64,000 nucleotides of DNA from Hyphomicrobiales bacterium (GTDB lineage: Bacteria > Pseudomonadota > Alphaproteobacteria > Rhizobiales > CBDCVD01): contig OZ245032.1 in assembly GCA_965224015.1 (NCBI GenBank), forward strand, positions 939,201 to 1,003,200. The letters run 5' to 3'. The position numbers and the translations under genes are program-made. Every line of letters starts with the position of its first letter. Within the stretch, counting starts at the first letter, position 1. Below are positions 37,464 to 47,266 of the stretch, piece after piece. The notes under the pieces were generated by a model, which searched no databases, had not been told where the DNA came from, and saw only the letters and a program-made list of their open reading frames with translations.

Positions 37464-38794
37464 TGCGTGTCATACCGGCTTCCACGACCCCCACTCCTGC
37501 CGTTGTTTTAACCAATGCGCGCCTTATTGACCCGTCTCGCGATATGGACGAGCGGGGCAGTCTGATCATTGCGGATCGGCGTATTGTCGCGTGTGGCGCT
37601 CGCGAAGCAAACAATGGAATTCCGGACGCGGCGCGTGTTTACGATTGCAACGGCGCGGTGGTAGCGCCGGGGCTTATCGATATGCGCGTATTTGTCGGCG
37701 AGCCGGGATTTGAGTATCGCGAGACCCTGGCCAGTGCCAGCGCGGCGGCGGCGGCGGGGGGCGTGACCACGTTTTTGTGCATGCCGGACACGGATCCGGT
37801 GATTGATGATGGCGCCATCGTGGACTTTATCCTTCGCCGCGCCCGGGACACGGCGCGGGTTAAGGTCCTGCCCTGCGCGGCGCTCACCAAGGGATTGGCC
37901 GGACGCCAACTGACCGAACTCGGCCTCTTGCGCGAGGCGGGAGCGGTTGCTTTTTCGCAAGGCCACAAGCCGATCGTCAACGCCGAGATCATGCGTCGCG
38001 GCCTTACCTATGCGCGCGATTTTGGTGCCCTCGTCATGCACCACCCCGAGGATCCGGATTTGGCCGGTGCCGGGGTGATGAACGAAAGCGAAGTGGCCAC
38101 AAGGCTGGGCCTGCCGGGACGCCCGCGACAGGCTGAAATTATCGTTTTGGAGCGCGACATTCGCCTTGTGGACCTCACCGGAGGGCACTATCACGCCGAA
38201 GTGGTGTCGTGCGCGGAGGCTGTCGAGGTGATGGCACGGGCGAGGCAAACCTGTGATCGGGTCACCTGTGGGGTTTCCATCAATAATCTTTGTCTGAACG
38301 AGAACGATATCGGGCCGTACCGAACGTTCTTTAAACTGTCGCCCCCCTTGCGCCATGAAGACGACCGTATGGCCCTTGTTGCCGGACTGGCGGCGGGAAC
38401 TATCGATGTGATCGTCTCCAACCACGACCCGCAGGACGTTGATACCAAGCGCCACCCCTTCGCCGAGGCTGCCGATGGAGCGATCGGGCTCGAAACGCTC
38501 CTGTGTGCGGCCCTGCGCCTGGTACATGCAGGCGACATAGACCTTATGGTCCTTTTGCGGGCCCTTAGTCAGCGTCCGGCGGCGTTGCTCAACCTTGACA
38601 CCGGAACTTTAAAACCGGGCCGTCCCGCAGATGTTGTGGTTTTCGATCCCGACGTACCCTGGACGGTCTCGGAAGAGACGATCCATTCGCGCTCGAAAAA
38701 TACCCCCTTTGAGGATACGCAGATGCAGGGCCGTGTCCTGGCCACTTTCGTTAACGGTGATCTTGTCCACGCCTTGCAGGCCCCATTCAAGTAA
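37463..38794 (+). CDS. Dihydroorotase-like protein (PyrC'-type, probably non-catalytic)
   Basis: 443 aa amidohydrolase fold, overlapping the pyrB stop (TGATG). The metal-binding D-x-H-x-H is replaced by DMRVF, and the usual T-D-H-A-P-H is SNHDPQ. Confidence 0.85.
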   Translation: MRVIPASTTPTPAVVLTNARLIDPSRDMDERGSLIIADRRIVACGAREANNGIPDAARVYDCNGAVVAPGLIDMRVFVGEPGFEYRETLASASAAAAAGGVTTFLCMPDTDPVIDDGAIVDFILRRARDTARVKVLPCAALTKGLAGRQLTELGLLREAGAVAFSQGHKPIVNAEIMRRGLTYARDFGALVMHHPEDPDLAGAGVMNESEVATRLGLPGRPRQAEIIVLERDIRLVDLTGGHYHAEVVSCAEAVEVMARARQTCDRVTCGVSINNLCLNENDIGPYRTFFKLSPPLRHEDDRMALVAGLAAGTIDVIVSNHDPQDVDTKRHPFAEAADGAIGLETLLCAALRLVHAGDIDLMVLLRALSQRPAALLNLDTGTLKPGRPADVVVFDPDVPWTVSEETIHSRSKNTPFEDTQMQGRVLATFVNGDLVHALQAPFK

Positions 38795-38895
38795 TACCAG
38801 CGATATGGGCTTTATGGACACGCCGGCTGGTGTACGGCTTTGATAACACAACGCTTTGACGCTAAGGTATGAGTCCTTGGCAAGGGCCCTTGGTA
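38794..38895 (+). repeat. RepA copy (divergent subfamily), first of a head-to-tail pair
   Basis: ATACCAGCGATATGGGCTTTATGGACACGCCGGCTGGTGTACGGCTTTGATAACA...GGCAAGGGCCCTTGGTA. It starts at the last base of the pyrC' stop codon. Confidence 0.88.
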
Positions 38896-38997
38896 ATACC
38901 AGCGGTATGGGCTTTATGGACACGTCGGCTGGTGTACGGCTTTGATAACACAACGCTTTGGCGCTAAGTCATGAGTCATTGGCAAGGGCCCTCGGTA
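38896..38997 (+). repeat. RepA copy (divergent subfamily), second of the pair
   Basis: ATACCAGCGGTATGGGCTTTATGGACACGTCGGCTGG...GGCAAGGGCCCTCGGTA. Confidence 0.88.
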
Positions 38998-39003
38998 CAA
39001 GCG

Positions 39004-39098
39004 AAACGCATAAAGCTGATCGCCCTCTAAATCTATAGCAAAATGCAAGAAGAATACGCAAAAGCCCCATGATTCCCATGAAACGCATTTTGCTATAG
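39004..39098 (-). repeat. RepB variant (right arm of the long hairpin + second hairpin module)
   Basis: AAACGCATAAAGCTGATCGCCCTCTAAAT, then CTATAGCAAAATGC-N38-GCATTTTGCTATAG (14-bp perfect arms). Confidence 0.85.
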
Positions 39099-39315
39099 CG
39101 AAAACAAAGCGCTGCACCTTCTTGAGCTTTGCTTTCTCATTGTTTCAAATGAGGAAAAGTAAATGGAGCGGAGCGGAGCGAAGCACCTTTCTTCACGATC
39201 AACAAATTCGTCTTGCGGCGCGCACAAGGCGCTTCGCCAGAGCGCACGGGCGAACCGCGGCGCGTTTGGCTCCCGGCGCAGATTAAAACCGTCGTTTTAT
39301 CAGCACGATACACAA

Positions 39316-39349
39316 GTCAGCGTATACAAAACACCAATACTGCTGGTAT
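39316..39349 (-). repeat. RepA 5'-end fragment (reverse)
   Basis: GTCAGCGTATACAAAACACCAATACTGCTGGTAT, compare CAGTCGGCGTGTATATAAAGCCAATACCGCTGGTAT. Confidence 0.6.
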
Positions 39350-39548
39350 AACCTCAATAGGTTGTACTTAAAAACCCGTCGGGGGTACAGATGAATGGCC
39401 CGAACTGGCCTTCCTGGCGGCAGGGCCGCAAGACATGACACGCTTCAGGAACAAGCTGCTGAAAGATCACAGCTGGGGGATACCTGGAAGCCATGAGTTT
39501 TTCAGATCGGCCGGCTCGCCAAGGAACATCGGCCAGGGGATGCGCTGA

Positions 39549-40394
39549 ATGGGTGCACCGAGCCATCTGGCCATAGGTTTATTACTCGGCGCGGCAGTTC
39601 TGCATGCGCTGTGGAACGCCATGATCAAGGGCGCATCGGATCGGATCATGGCGATGGCTTTGGTGAACACCGGTCACATGCTGGCGGGGGCGGTGCTGGT
39701 GATCCTTTATCCACTACCGGCGCCACAGGCATGGGGCTTTCTGGCCGCATCGACGGTAATTCACTGGTTTTACTACGGTTTCCTGCTGGCAGCGTACCGG
39801 ATCGGCGATTTCAGCCACGTGTATCCCATAGCGCGCGGCGTGGCGCCGGTGCTGGTGGCGCTTGGGGCCTTGTTCTTTGCCGCCGAGATGCCGACGGTGC
39901 AAGGCTGGCTGGCCATCGTCATGATCAGCACGGCAATCGGCGCACAAAGCCTTGCCGGCGGCCATGTGGCGTTTAACGCTGGCGCCGTATTGTTCGCGCT
40001 TCTTACCGGCCTGATGATTGCCGCTTATACCATTGTCGATGGATTGGGCGTGCGTGCCTCGCAAAACGCCCTGGGCTATATCGGTTGGCTCTTTCTTCTT
40101 GAGGGGATCGCCAGTGTGGCGCTGCTGATGTGGCGGCGGCGGCGACTGCGCCACTATACATTACGAAAGTATCTTACAGGGCTGACGGGCGGTCTGATCT
40201 CGACACTGGCTTATGGCCTGGCGATCTACGCGATGTCGCTTACCAATCTGGGGTCGGTGTCGGCCATTCGCGAATCAAGCGTGATCGTCGCTGCCCTGAT
40301 CGGTATAGTATGGTTTGGCGAGCGACCCTGGTTAGTCCGCGTTGCAAGCGCCATCGTTGTTGTGATCGGCATTTTTCTGCTCAGCGCCGCCTGA
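39549..40394 (+). CDS. EamA/DMT-family transporter
   Basis: 281 aa, 10 predicted TM helices with a duplicated EamA-like organisation. Confidence 0.8.
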   Translation: MGAPSHLAIGLLLGAAVLHALWNAMIKGASDRIMAMALVNTGHMLAGAVLVILYPLPAPQAWGFLAASTVIHWFYYGFLLAAYRIGDFSHVYPIARGVAPVLVALGALFFAAEMPTVQGWLAIVMISTAIGAQSLAGGHVAFNAGAVLFALLTGLMIAAYTIVDGLGVRASQNALGYIGWLFLLEGIASVALLMWRRRRLRHYTLRKYLTGLTGGLISTLAYGLAIYAMSLTNLGSVSAIRESSVIVAALIGIVWFGERPWLVRVASAIVVVIGIFLLSAA

Positions 40395-40409
40395 GGGCAC
40401 GGCCGGCCA

Positions 40410-41846
40410 TCAAGCCGGGATCAAAGCCAGAAGCTGATCCAGCGACGCCTTCGCGTCACCAAAGAACATGCGTGTGTTGTCCTTGAAAAACAACGGATTC
40501 TCAATACCCGAATAGCCCGTACCCTGACCACGTTTGGAAACAAATACCTGCTTGGCTTTCCACACCTCCAGCACCGGCATACCGGCGATGGGGCTGTTGG
40601 GGTCATCCTGCGCTGCCGGGTTGACAATGTCGTTGGAGCCGATCACGATTACCACATCCGTATTGGGAAAGTCCTCGTTGATCTCGTCCATTTCCAAAAC
40701 AATATCGTAGGGAACCTTGGCCTCGGCGAGCAACACGTTCATATGGCCCGGCAAGCGACCGGCCACGGGATGGATACCAAAACGCACCGTCTTGCCCCTG
40801 GCGCGAAGGCGTTTGGTCAGTTCGCTTACCGACTGCTGCGCCTGCGCCACGGCCATACCATAACCGGGCACGATGATGATATTTTCCGCATCCTCCAACG
40901 CCGCCGCCACCCCTTCGGCATCAATGGCGATCTGCTCACCGGAGACCTCAAGGGCCGGCTCGCCGGCCCCACCAAAACCGCCCAGGATCACAGATACAAA
41001 CCGGCGATTCATGGCTCTGCACATAATGTAAGACAAAATCGCCCCCGACGAGCCCACAAGCGCGCCCGTGACGATCAGCAGATCGTTGCCAAGGGTAAAG
41101 CCGATGGCCGCCGCGGCCCAACCGGAATAGCTGTTCAACATGGAGACAACCACCGGCATATCGGCACCACCAATTCCCATGATCAAATGCCAGCCGATAA
41201 ATCCAGCGATCAGCGCCGTCAGGACCATCGTCCAGATGCCCGACCCGTTGAAATACATGACCCCCAGAAGAATACAGGCGATCAGCGCGGCGGCATTCAG
41301 GGCGTGCCCTCCCGGCAATTTCGCCGGCTTGCCATCAATCTTGCCTGCCAACTTGCCAAAGGCAACAACCGAACCGGTAAAGGTAATGGCGCCAATGAAA
41401 ATGCCCAGAAACACCTCGACTTTTAATATGGCGATCTCAACGCTGTCCTTGTGAGCAAGCTTTTTCGCAAAACCGGTCAGCGTCTCACGGGCGCTCTCAC
41501 TCATGGCCATGACCCCGGCCAGTTCGATATCTGCGTTAAGGCCAATAAAGACCGCGGCGATGCCAACAAAACTATGTAGCGCCGCCACCAGTTGCGGCAT
41601 TTCGGTCATTTGCACCCGCGCCGCCACATAAATACCCGCGGCCGCACCAAGGGCAACCATGACGCCCAGCACAATATAATTGCCGCTGTCAGGCCCGTAT
41701 ATGGTAGCAACGACGGCAATGGCCATGCCGACAATGCCGTACCACACGGCGCGCTTGGCGCTTTCCTGGTTGGACAGGCCACCAAGGGAGAGAATAAACA
41801 ACACGGAGGCGGCGATGTAGGCAGCCGATACGATACCAATGCTCAT
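40410..41846 (-). CDS. pntB: NAD(P) transhydrogenase subunit beta
   Basis: 478 aa with a membrane domain plus the C-terminal NADP(H)-binding domain ([11 protein letters not shown]...[19 protein letters not shown]). Confidence 0.95.
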   Translation of the reverse strand: MSIGIVSAAYIAASVLFILSLGGLSNQESAKRAVWYGIVGMAIAVVATIYGPDSGNYIVLGVMVALGAAAGIYVAARVQMTEMPQLVAALHSFVGIAAVFIGLNADIELAGVMAMSESARETLTGFAKKLAHKDSVEIAILKVEVFLGIFIGAITFTGSVVAFGKLAGKIDGKPAKLPGGHALNAAALIACILLGVMYFNGSGIWTMVLTALIAGFIGWHLIMGIGGADMPVVVSMLNSYSGWAAAAIGFTLGNDLLIVTGALVGSSGAILSYIMCRAMNRRFVSVILGGFGGAGEPALEVSGEQIAIDAEGVAAALEDAENIIIVPGYGMAVAQAQQSVSELTKRLRARGKTVRFGIHPVAGRLPGHMNVLLAEAKVPYDIVLEMDEINEDFPNTDVVIVIGSNDIVNPAAQDDPNSPIAGMPVLEVWKAKQVFVSKRGQGTGYSGIENPLFFKDNTRMFFGDAKASLDQLLALIPA

Positions 41847-41859
41847 AACAGCCTCTTTT

Positions 41860-43431
41860 TTACGATTTTTGGAACATGGCCAGCATACGCCGGGTGACGA
41901 GAAAACCGCCGACGATATTGATGGTCGCTATCAAAACAGAAATGGCGGCCAAAAAGACCACAAGCCAACTGTTCGCCCCAATCTGCAACAGCGCACCGAT
42001 AATGATAATGCCGGAAATGGCGTTGGTAACCGCCATTAGGGGGGTGTGCAGGGCATGGGCCACATTCCAGATAACCTGAAAGCCAACAAAGCATGCCAAT
42101 ACAAAGACAATGAAATGCTGCATAAAACTGGCCGGCGCATAGGCACCGATGATGGCCATCAGCGCCGCCCCGGCGCTGAGCATAGCGACCTGCTGAACGG
42201 TGGCCTTCCTGAAGGCGGCCAGTTCCTGCGCCCGTTTTTCCTCAACAGTTAGCGCCTTTGGTGCCGGCTTTGGCTTTTGCGCGGCAATGGCCTGGATTTT
42301 CGGCGGTGGCGGTGGGTAAGTGATATTCCCTGCGTAGGTTACGGTTGCGCCGCGGATCACATCGTCTTCCATATCATGGTTGACAACCCCGTTCTTATCC
42401 GGCGTGAGATCCGCCATCATGTGGCGGATATTATTGGCATAAAGGGTTGAGGATTGCGCCGCCATACGACTGGGAAAGTCCGTATACCCAATAACCGTGA
42501 CGCCGTTGTCGGTAACGACTTTTTCCCCTGCGACTGTCAGGTCGCAATTGCCCCCCTGCTCCGCTGCCAGGTCCACAACCACCGAGCCCGGCTGCATGGC
42601 CGCCACCATATCCTCAAGCCATAGTTTGGGCGCATCGCGCCCAGGGATCAGTGCTGTGGTGATGACGATATCCACTTGCGGTGCCTGTTCACGAAAACAG
42701 GCCAGCTGCTTTTCGCGAAACTCCGGTGACGAGGGTGCCGCATAACCACCTGTCTCAGCGCCATCCGCGACGTCGTCAAAGTCAAGGAACAAAAACTCCG
42801 CCCCCATGGACTCGATCTGCTCGGCGACCTCGGGACGCACATCAAAGGCCCGCACAACAGCCCCCAGCGATGTAGCCGTACCGATCGCCGCAAGCCCGGC
42901 CACTCCCGCGCCGATCACCAGCACTTTAGCCGGCGGCACCTTACCGGCGGCGGTCACCTGACCGGTGAAAAAGCGGCCAAAATTGTTTCCCGCCTCAATC
43001 ACCGCCCGGTAGCCCGCAATATTGGCCATGGAACTCAATGCGTCCATTTTTTGCGCACGCGAAATGCGCGGCACCATATCCATGGCGATCACATGGGCCC
43101 CGGTTTCATTGGCGAGCGAAAGCAATGTCTCATTTTGCCCAGGATAAAAAAATGAGATCAGCGTCTGACCGGCACGCAAGCGTTTAATTTCCCGCTCATG
43201 GGGGGGACGAACCTTGGCAATCACATCGGCGCCGGCAAAGACGCCGGCGGCATCCGCGACAATCTCAACGCCGGCCGCTGCATAAGCCGCATCGGAAAAT
43301 CCTGCGGCAGCTCCCGCGCCCGCTTCAATGGCGCAGTCATATCCAAGCTTTTGCAGCAGTTGGGCGCTGTCGGGAGTCATCGCCACCCGCGCCTCGCCTT
43401 CGGCAATCTCCTTGGGAACTCCTATTTTCAC
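41860..43431 (-). CDS. pntA: NAD(P) transhydrogenase subunit alpha (dI + membrane dII part fused)
   Basis: [20 protein letters not shown] is the canonical N-terminus. A GTG at 43431 is preceded by AAGGAG. The ORF-track start at 43494 is a possible alternative. [14 protein letters not shown] fold. Confidence 0.93.
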   Translation of the reverse strand: MKIGVPKEIAEGEARVAMTPDSAQLLQKLGYDCAIEAGAGAAAGFSDAAYAAAGVEIVADAAGVFAGADVIAKVRPPHEREIKRLRAGQTLISFFYPGQNETLLSLANETGAHVIAMDMVPRISRAQKMDALSSMANIAGYRAVIEAGNNFGRFFTGQVTAAGKVPPAKVLVIGAGVAGLAAIGTATSLGAVVRAFDVRPEVAEQIESMGAEFLFLDFDDVADGAETGGYAAPSSPEFREKQLACFREQAPQVDIVITTALIPGRDAPKLWLEDMVAAMQPGSVVVDLAAEQGGNCDLTVAGEKVVTDNGVTVIGYTDFPSRMAAQSSTLYANNIRHMMADLTPDKNGVVNHDMEDDVIRGATVTYAGNITYPPPPPKIQAIAAQKPKPAPKALTVEEKRAQELAAFRKATVQQVAMLSAGAALMAIIGAYAPASFMQHFIVFVLACFVGFQVIWNVAHALHTPLMAVTNAISGIIIIGALLQIGANSWLVVFLAAISVLIATINIVGGFLVTRRMLAMFQKS

Positions 43432-43554
43432 GAAAACAATCTCCTTGTCGTTAAGGGCAGGCTTTATGACTACCATCTCCCGTGTGACGCGCAAAACAGG
43501 CGCTTTGCAAAATGCCTGTTGCCTGTGGTCACCACAAACACTCCTGACGGTGCG

Positions 43555-44589
43555 TCAGCCTAAAAGACCGACAATTGACTTGACTTGCGCCATGGTTTCG
43601 CGGGCGATCCGTCCCGCCCGTTGGGCCCCGTCGCGCAGAATATCATCAATCATATCCGGTTGGGCGAGCAACCGGTCGATTTCCCGAGTCAATGGCGCAA
43701 GCGTTGTAACCGCCAGATCCGCGAGCGCGGGCTTGAACGTCGAAAACTGTGCCCCGCCATGCTCGCGCAACACCGCCTCCTGGCTCATGTCGGCAAGCGC
43801 TGCATAAATCTCCACCAGATTAGCCACCTCGGCGCGCCCTTCAAGCCCTTTCGGCTCCGATGGCAACGGCTCACTGTCGGAGCGCGCCCTGCGGATTTTC
43901 CTGGCGATCGTATCCGCGTCATCGCGCAACGTAATGCGTGAATAATCCGACGGGTCGGACTTTGACATTTTCTTCGTGCCATCGCGCAGGTTCATGATGC
44001 GCGTCGCCGGGCCGGAAATCAACGGCTCAGGCAACGGAAAATACGCCTCACCAAACCCACGCGCCGCGATTGATCGGGAAAAGTCATTGTTGAACTTTTG
44101 CGCAATATCGCGGGTCAACTCCAGATGCTGTTTCTGGTCCTCACCCACAGGAACCGCGTCGGCCAGGTAAAGCAAAATGTCAGCGGCCATCAATGTGGGA
44201 TAGGAAAACAGTCCTATGGACGCGTTTTCCTTGTCCTTGCCGGCCTTGTCCTTGAATTGGGTCATGCGGTTGAGCCAGCCCATGCGCGCCACGCAATTGA
44301 ATATCCAGGCCAACTCCGCATGTTGCGGCACTTGCGATTGGTTAAAGATAATATGCGCGGTCGGATCAATGCCCGCGGCGATATAGGCGGCGGCGACCTC
44401 GCGGGTATTGGTCGCCAATGCGTCAGGCTCCTGCCATTGGGTTATCGCATGCAAGTCGACGACGCAATAAATGCATCTATAGTCCTGTTGCAGCGGCACA
44501 AAGCGTTTGATCGCCCCCAAATAATTGCCAAGGTGCAAATTACCGGTCGATTGGATACCTGAAAATATGGTGGGCTTGGCTTGGTGCAT
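43555..44589 (-). CDS. trpS: Tryptophan--tRNA ligase
   Basis: HLGNYLGA (HIGH-type) and KMSKS motifs. Start at [23 protein letters not shown]. The ORF track starts at 44667. Confidence 0.93.
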   Translation of the reverse strand: MHQAKPTIFSGIQSTGNLHLGNYLGAIKRFVPLQQDYRCIYCVVDLHAITQWQEPDALATNTREVAAAYIAAGIDPTAHIIFNQSQVPQHAELAWIFNCVARMGWLNRMTQFKDKAGKDKENASIGLFSYPTLMAADILLYLADAVPVGEDQKQHLELTRDIAQKFNNDFSRSIAARGFGEAYFPLPEPLISGPATRIMNLRDGTKKMSKSDPSDYSRITLRDDADTIARKIRRARSDSEPLPSEPKGLEGRAEVANLVEIYAALADMSQEAVLREHGGAQFSTFKPALADLAVTTLAPLTREIDRLLAQPDMIDDILRDGAQRAGRIARETMAQVKSIVGLLG

Positions 44590-44663
44590 GGAACATAAAA
44601 CGGTGGATGTTTGATTGTTGCCTGACGGGTTATGGCCAAATGTGTAACCAAAGGCAAGGATTT

Positions 44664-46232
44664 TCACTGGTGATCGTCATTATGGCGCATGGCGCGGCGC
44701 AAATCAGCCAGCCTGGCGACCCCCGAGACATGAATAAGAACAAAATAGATCAGAGCCCCCCCAACAACCATCCCCGCCAGATATAAGAGCCTTACCGAAA
44801 ACCGCGATTCTTGAGCCGTGTGCAGCGCAAATGTGTCCAACAGATAAAGCGCCAACGCCATAACCGAAGCACACACAACAACCCATGCCAGGCGGCGAAT
44901 GCGCGTTGCACCCAATACCCATTGGCCGCGCCGGTAAAGGGTAACGAACAGCAATCCCGCATTCACCCACCCGGCAAGGGTCGTGGCCAGGGCAATGCCG
45001 ACAAAGGACAGGGTGGGAAACATCAGCAGGCTTCCAGACACATTTACAAGCATACTGATGGCGGCAAAAAGCATCGGCGTTCTGGTGTCCAGGCGAGCAA
45101 AAAAACCGGGCGAAAACACTTTGATGAGAACAAACGCCGGAAGCCCTATGGCAAAGGCGGTAAGAGCGCTTGCAGTCTCGGCGGTAACCTCGGCGCTAAA
45201 GGCACCGCGCTGGAACAAAACGTTCACCACTGGCATGGGAATGGTGGCCAACGCAAACGCTGCCGGTATTGTCAATATCAGGGAGAAATCGAGGGCCTGG
45301 TTCTGCGTGCGCACGGCATTGGCGTGCGCCCCGGCACGCAAATGGCGCGACAACTCCGGCAGCAATACGACCCCAACCGCGATGCCGATCACCCCAAGGG
45401 GAAGTTGATAGATGCGGTCAGCATAATAGAGTACAGAAATCGCCCCCCCCTCCTGGCTGGCAATAATCTGACCCACAAAGATATTGATCTGCGTAATGCC
45501 CCCGGCGATCGCGGCGGGGACGGCCAATACAAGCAGTTTTGTGACCTTTGGTGTCAGACGCGGACGCACCAGAGCGAGCCGAAATCCAATCCTCCGACAC
45601 GCAAACGCAAGCAACAGCAATTGCGCAAATCCCGCCATGGACACCCCCCAAGCCAGGGTTATGCCGGTTACAGGGTTAGCGGTGGCGCCAACCAGATGCA
45701 GGCTGACAAGAACGCTCACCATGATAACATTCAGTAAAACCGGTGCAAAGGCGGCAGCGAAGTAGCGATGATGCGCATTCAGCACACCACTCAACATGGC
45801 GACCAGAGACATGCACAAAAGATAGGGAAACGTAATGCGACTGAGGAGGACGGTCAGTTCGAACTTGGGCGGATCAACAGCAAAACCAGGGGTAAATATA
45901 TAAACAAAGACCGGCATGAATATCTCGAAGAGCGCGCTCAACAGCAACAGGACGATCAGCAGGATCACAAACACATCGCGTGCGAAACGGCGTGCGGCAT
46001 CCTGGCCTCCCCCTTCCAGTTCCTGCGCATAAAGGGGCACAAAGGCGCTATTGAAGGCCCCTTCGGCAAAAAGGCGGCGAAACAGGTTGGGCAAGCGAAA
46101 AGCGGCAAGATAGGCATCGGCGACAGATCCCTTACCAAGCAGCGCAGCAAGCAGCGCATCGCGCACAAAGCCAAGCACCCGACTGGCCATGGTGCCACCG
46201 CCGACGGTCGAAAAATGACGCAGCAGGCTCAT
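44664..46232 (-). CDS. murJ: Lipid II flippase MurJ
   Basis: [25 protein letters not shown] is the canonical MurJ N-terminus, with about 14 TM helices. The ORF track starts 6 codons earlier, at 46250. Confidence 0.93.
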   Translation of the reverse strand: MSLLRHFSTVGGGTMASRVLGFVRDALLAALLGKGSVADAYLAAFRLPNLFRRLFAEGAFNSAFVPLYAQELEGGGQDAARRFARDVFVILLIVLLLLSALFEIFMPVFVYIFTPGFAVDPPKFELTVLLSRITFPYLLCMSLVAMLSGVLNAHHRYFAAAFAPVLLNVIMVSVLVSLHLVGATANPVTGITLAWGVSMAGFAQLLLLAFACRRIGFRLALVRPRLTPKVTKLLVLAVPAAIAGGITQINIFVGQIIASQEGGAISVLYYADRIYQLPLGVIGIAVGVVLLPELSRHLRAGAHANAVRTQNQALDFSLILTIPAAFALATIPMPVVNVLFQRGAFSAEVTAETASALTAFAIGLPAFVLIKVFSPGFFARLDTRTPMLFAAISMLVNVSGSLLMFPTLSFVGIALATTLAGWVNAGLLFVTLYRRGQWVLGATRIRRLAWVVVCASVMALALYLLDTFALHTAQESRFSVRLLYLAGMVVGGALIYFVLIHVSGVARLADLRRAMRHNDDHQ

Positions 46233-46252
46233 AAGCAAGACTCGCCGCAAGA

Positions 46253-46312
46253 CCGGTATAACCTGTATAACCTGTATAACCTGTATAACCTGTATAATCT
46301 GTATAATCTGTT
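46253..46312. repeat. Tandem repeat, 9-bp unit x6.5, in the murJ / NadR-like divergent gap
   Basis: CCGGTATAA, CCTGTATAA x4, TCTGTATAA, TCTGTT. Confidence 0.92.
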
Positions 46313-46403
46313 CATGGGACTACGGAGCCGACCTGTGCTTTTGCTGAATTTGATGGCACTCAAGGTTGGTATACCACGGATTGGAAAGATCGGGAGGTGT
46401 GAT

Positions 46404-46967
46404 TTGCCACAGATTCACTGTATTCGCCGTATTCGCCGTATTCGCCGCATTGCCATTGTCGGACCGGAATCGAGTGGCAAGACAACCCTGGCACGGGCCC
46501 TTGCCAATCACTTTTGCACCGCCTGGGTGCCCGAATACGCGCGCGAATATCTGGACAATCTCGGGCACGCCTATGAGGAGCGTGACCTTCTGAGCATCGC
46601 CAGGGGGCAGTTGCGCCTAGAGGCGCAGGCTAAGACCAAAGCCCGGGAGATCCTGTTCTGCGACACGGACATGATGACAATCGAAATCTGGAGCCAGGTG
46701 CGCTACGCTCGCGTTGACCCACGCCTTGTGGCGTTGGTAAATGACACCCCATACGACCACACCCTGCTCACCGATGCGAACATCCCTTGGGCTGCGGATC
46801 CTTTGCGCGAACATCCTCATGACCGCCCGGCGCTGTTTGCCCGTTACCGAAACGCGCTTGAGAGCCGCGGCTGCGCCTATGACGTCATTGCCGGCGACCG
46901 GCAAACACGGCTCCCCATGGCCGTTGCCATTGTTGATAAATTACGCCACGCCGATCATAGCCTGTAG
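46404..46967 (+). CDS. NadR-type AAA ATPase / ribosylnicotinamide kinase-like protein
   Basis: IAIVGPESSGKTTLARAL P-loop, VPEYAREYL, ILFCDTDMMT. Start uncertain: a TTG at 46404 follows GGGAGG, and in-frame ATGs lie at 46314 and 46353. The 399-aa track ORF is mostly murJ antisense. Confidence 0.78.
   Translation: MPQIHCIRRIRRIRRIAIVGPESSGKTTLARALANHFCTAWVPEYAREYLDNLGHAYEERDLLSIARGQLRLEAQAKTKAREILFCDTDMMTIEIWSQVRYARVDPRLVALVNDTPYDHTLLTDANIPWAADPLREHPHDRPALFARYRNALESRGCAYDVIAGDRQTRLPMAVAIVDKLRHADHSL
46422..46448. repeat. In-frame 9-bp tandem repeat x3 at the 5' end of the NadR-like gene
   Basis: ATTCGCCGT ATTCGCCGT ATTCGCCGC encodes IRRIRRIRR immediately before the P-loop strand. Confidence 0.9.
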
Positions 46968-47078
46968 GCTGGAAACCAAAACCCAAAACACCCGTTTAGT
47001 TCAGGCCTCTTGCTTTCGACTATCGGCGCGGTTTTAACAATGACTCCAACGCCACCCGGCGCACATTGGTCACCAGAT

Positions 47079-47096
47079 ACAAACGTCTATTGACGG
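47079..47096 (+). repeat. RepC 5'-end fragment
   Basis: ACAAACGTCTATTGACGG, compare GAAAACGTCTATTGACGA at 20653. Confidence 0.5.
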
Positions 47097-47177
47097 AAAA
47101 CACGAAGCTGCCGTAAAAATGTTATACAATGTACCCGGCCTATCGGCCCACCATGGTCCACAGTTTGGCATCTCAAT

Positions 47178-47251
47178 TGGGGAATAGTTTAACGGCAGAA
47201 CACCGGACTCTGACTCCGTCGGTCCTGGTTCGAATCCAGGTTCCCCAGCCA
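47178..47251 (+). tRNA. tRNA-Gln (anticodon CUG)
   Basis: TGGGGAATAGTTTAACGGCAGAACACCGGACTCTGACTCCGTCGGTCCTGGTTCGAATCCAGGTTCCCCAGCCA: acceptor TGGGGAA/TTCCCCA, anticodon loop CTCTGAC, TPsiC GGTTCGAATCC, encoded CCA. Confidence 0.92.
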
Positions 47252-47266
47252 CTTGCGTTGCAGATA

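Noticed and set aside
39163-39351. 62-aa basic ORF with a good SD (GAGGAA-N6-ATG) in the pyrC'/EamA repeat nest
   Set aside because: The composition is low-complexity and Arg/Ser-rich, and its 3' end runs into a RepA fragment. There is no recognisable homology, so it is left uncalled.
45768-46403. Upstream 210 codons of the 399-aa ORF that ends as the NadR-like ATPase
   Set aside because: This part is antisense to murJ and then reads through the CCTGTATAA array (YNLYNLYNL...). Homology begins only at the P-loop region, so the start was moved downstream.
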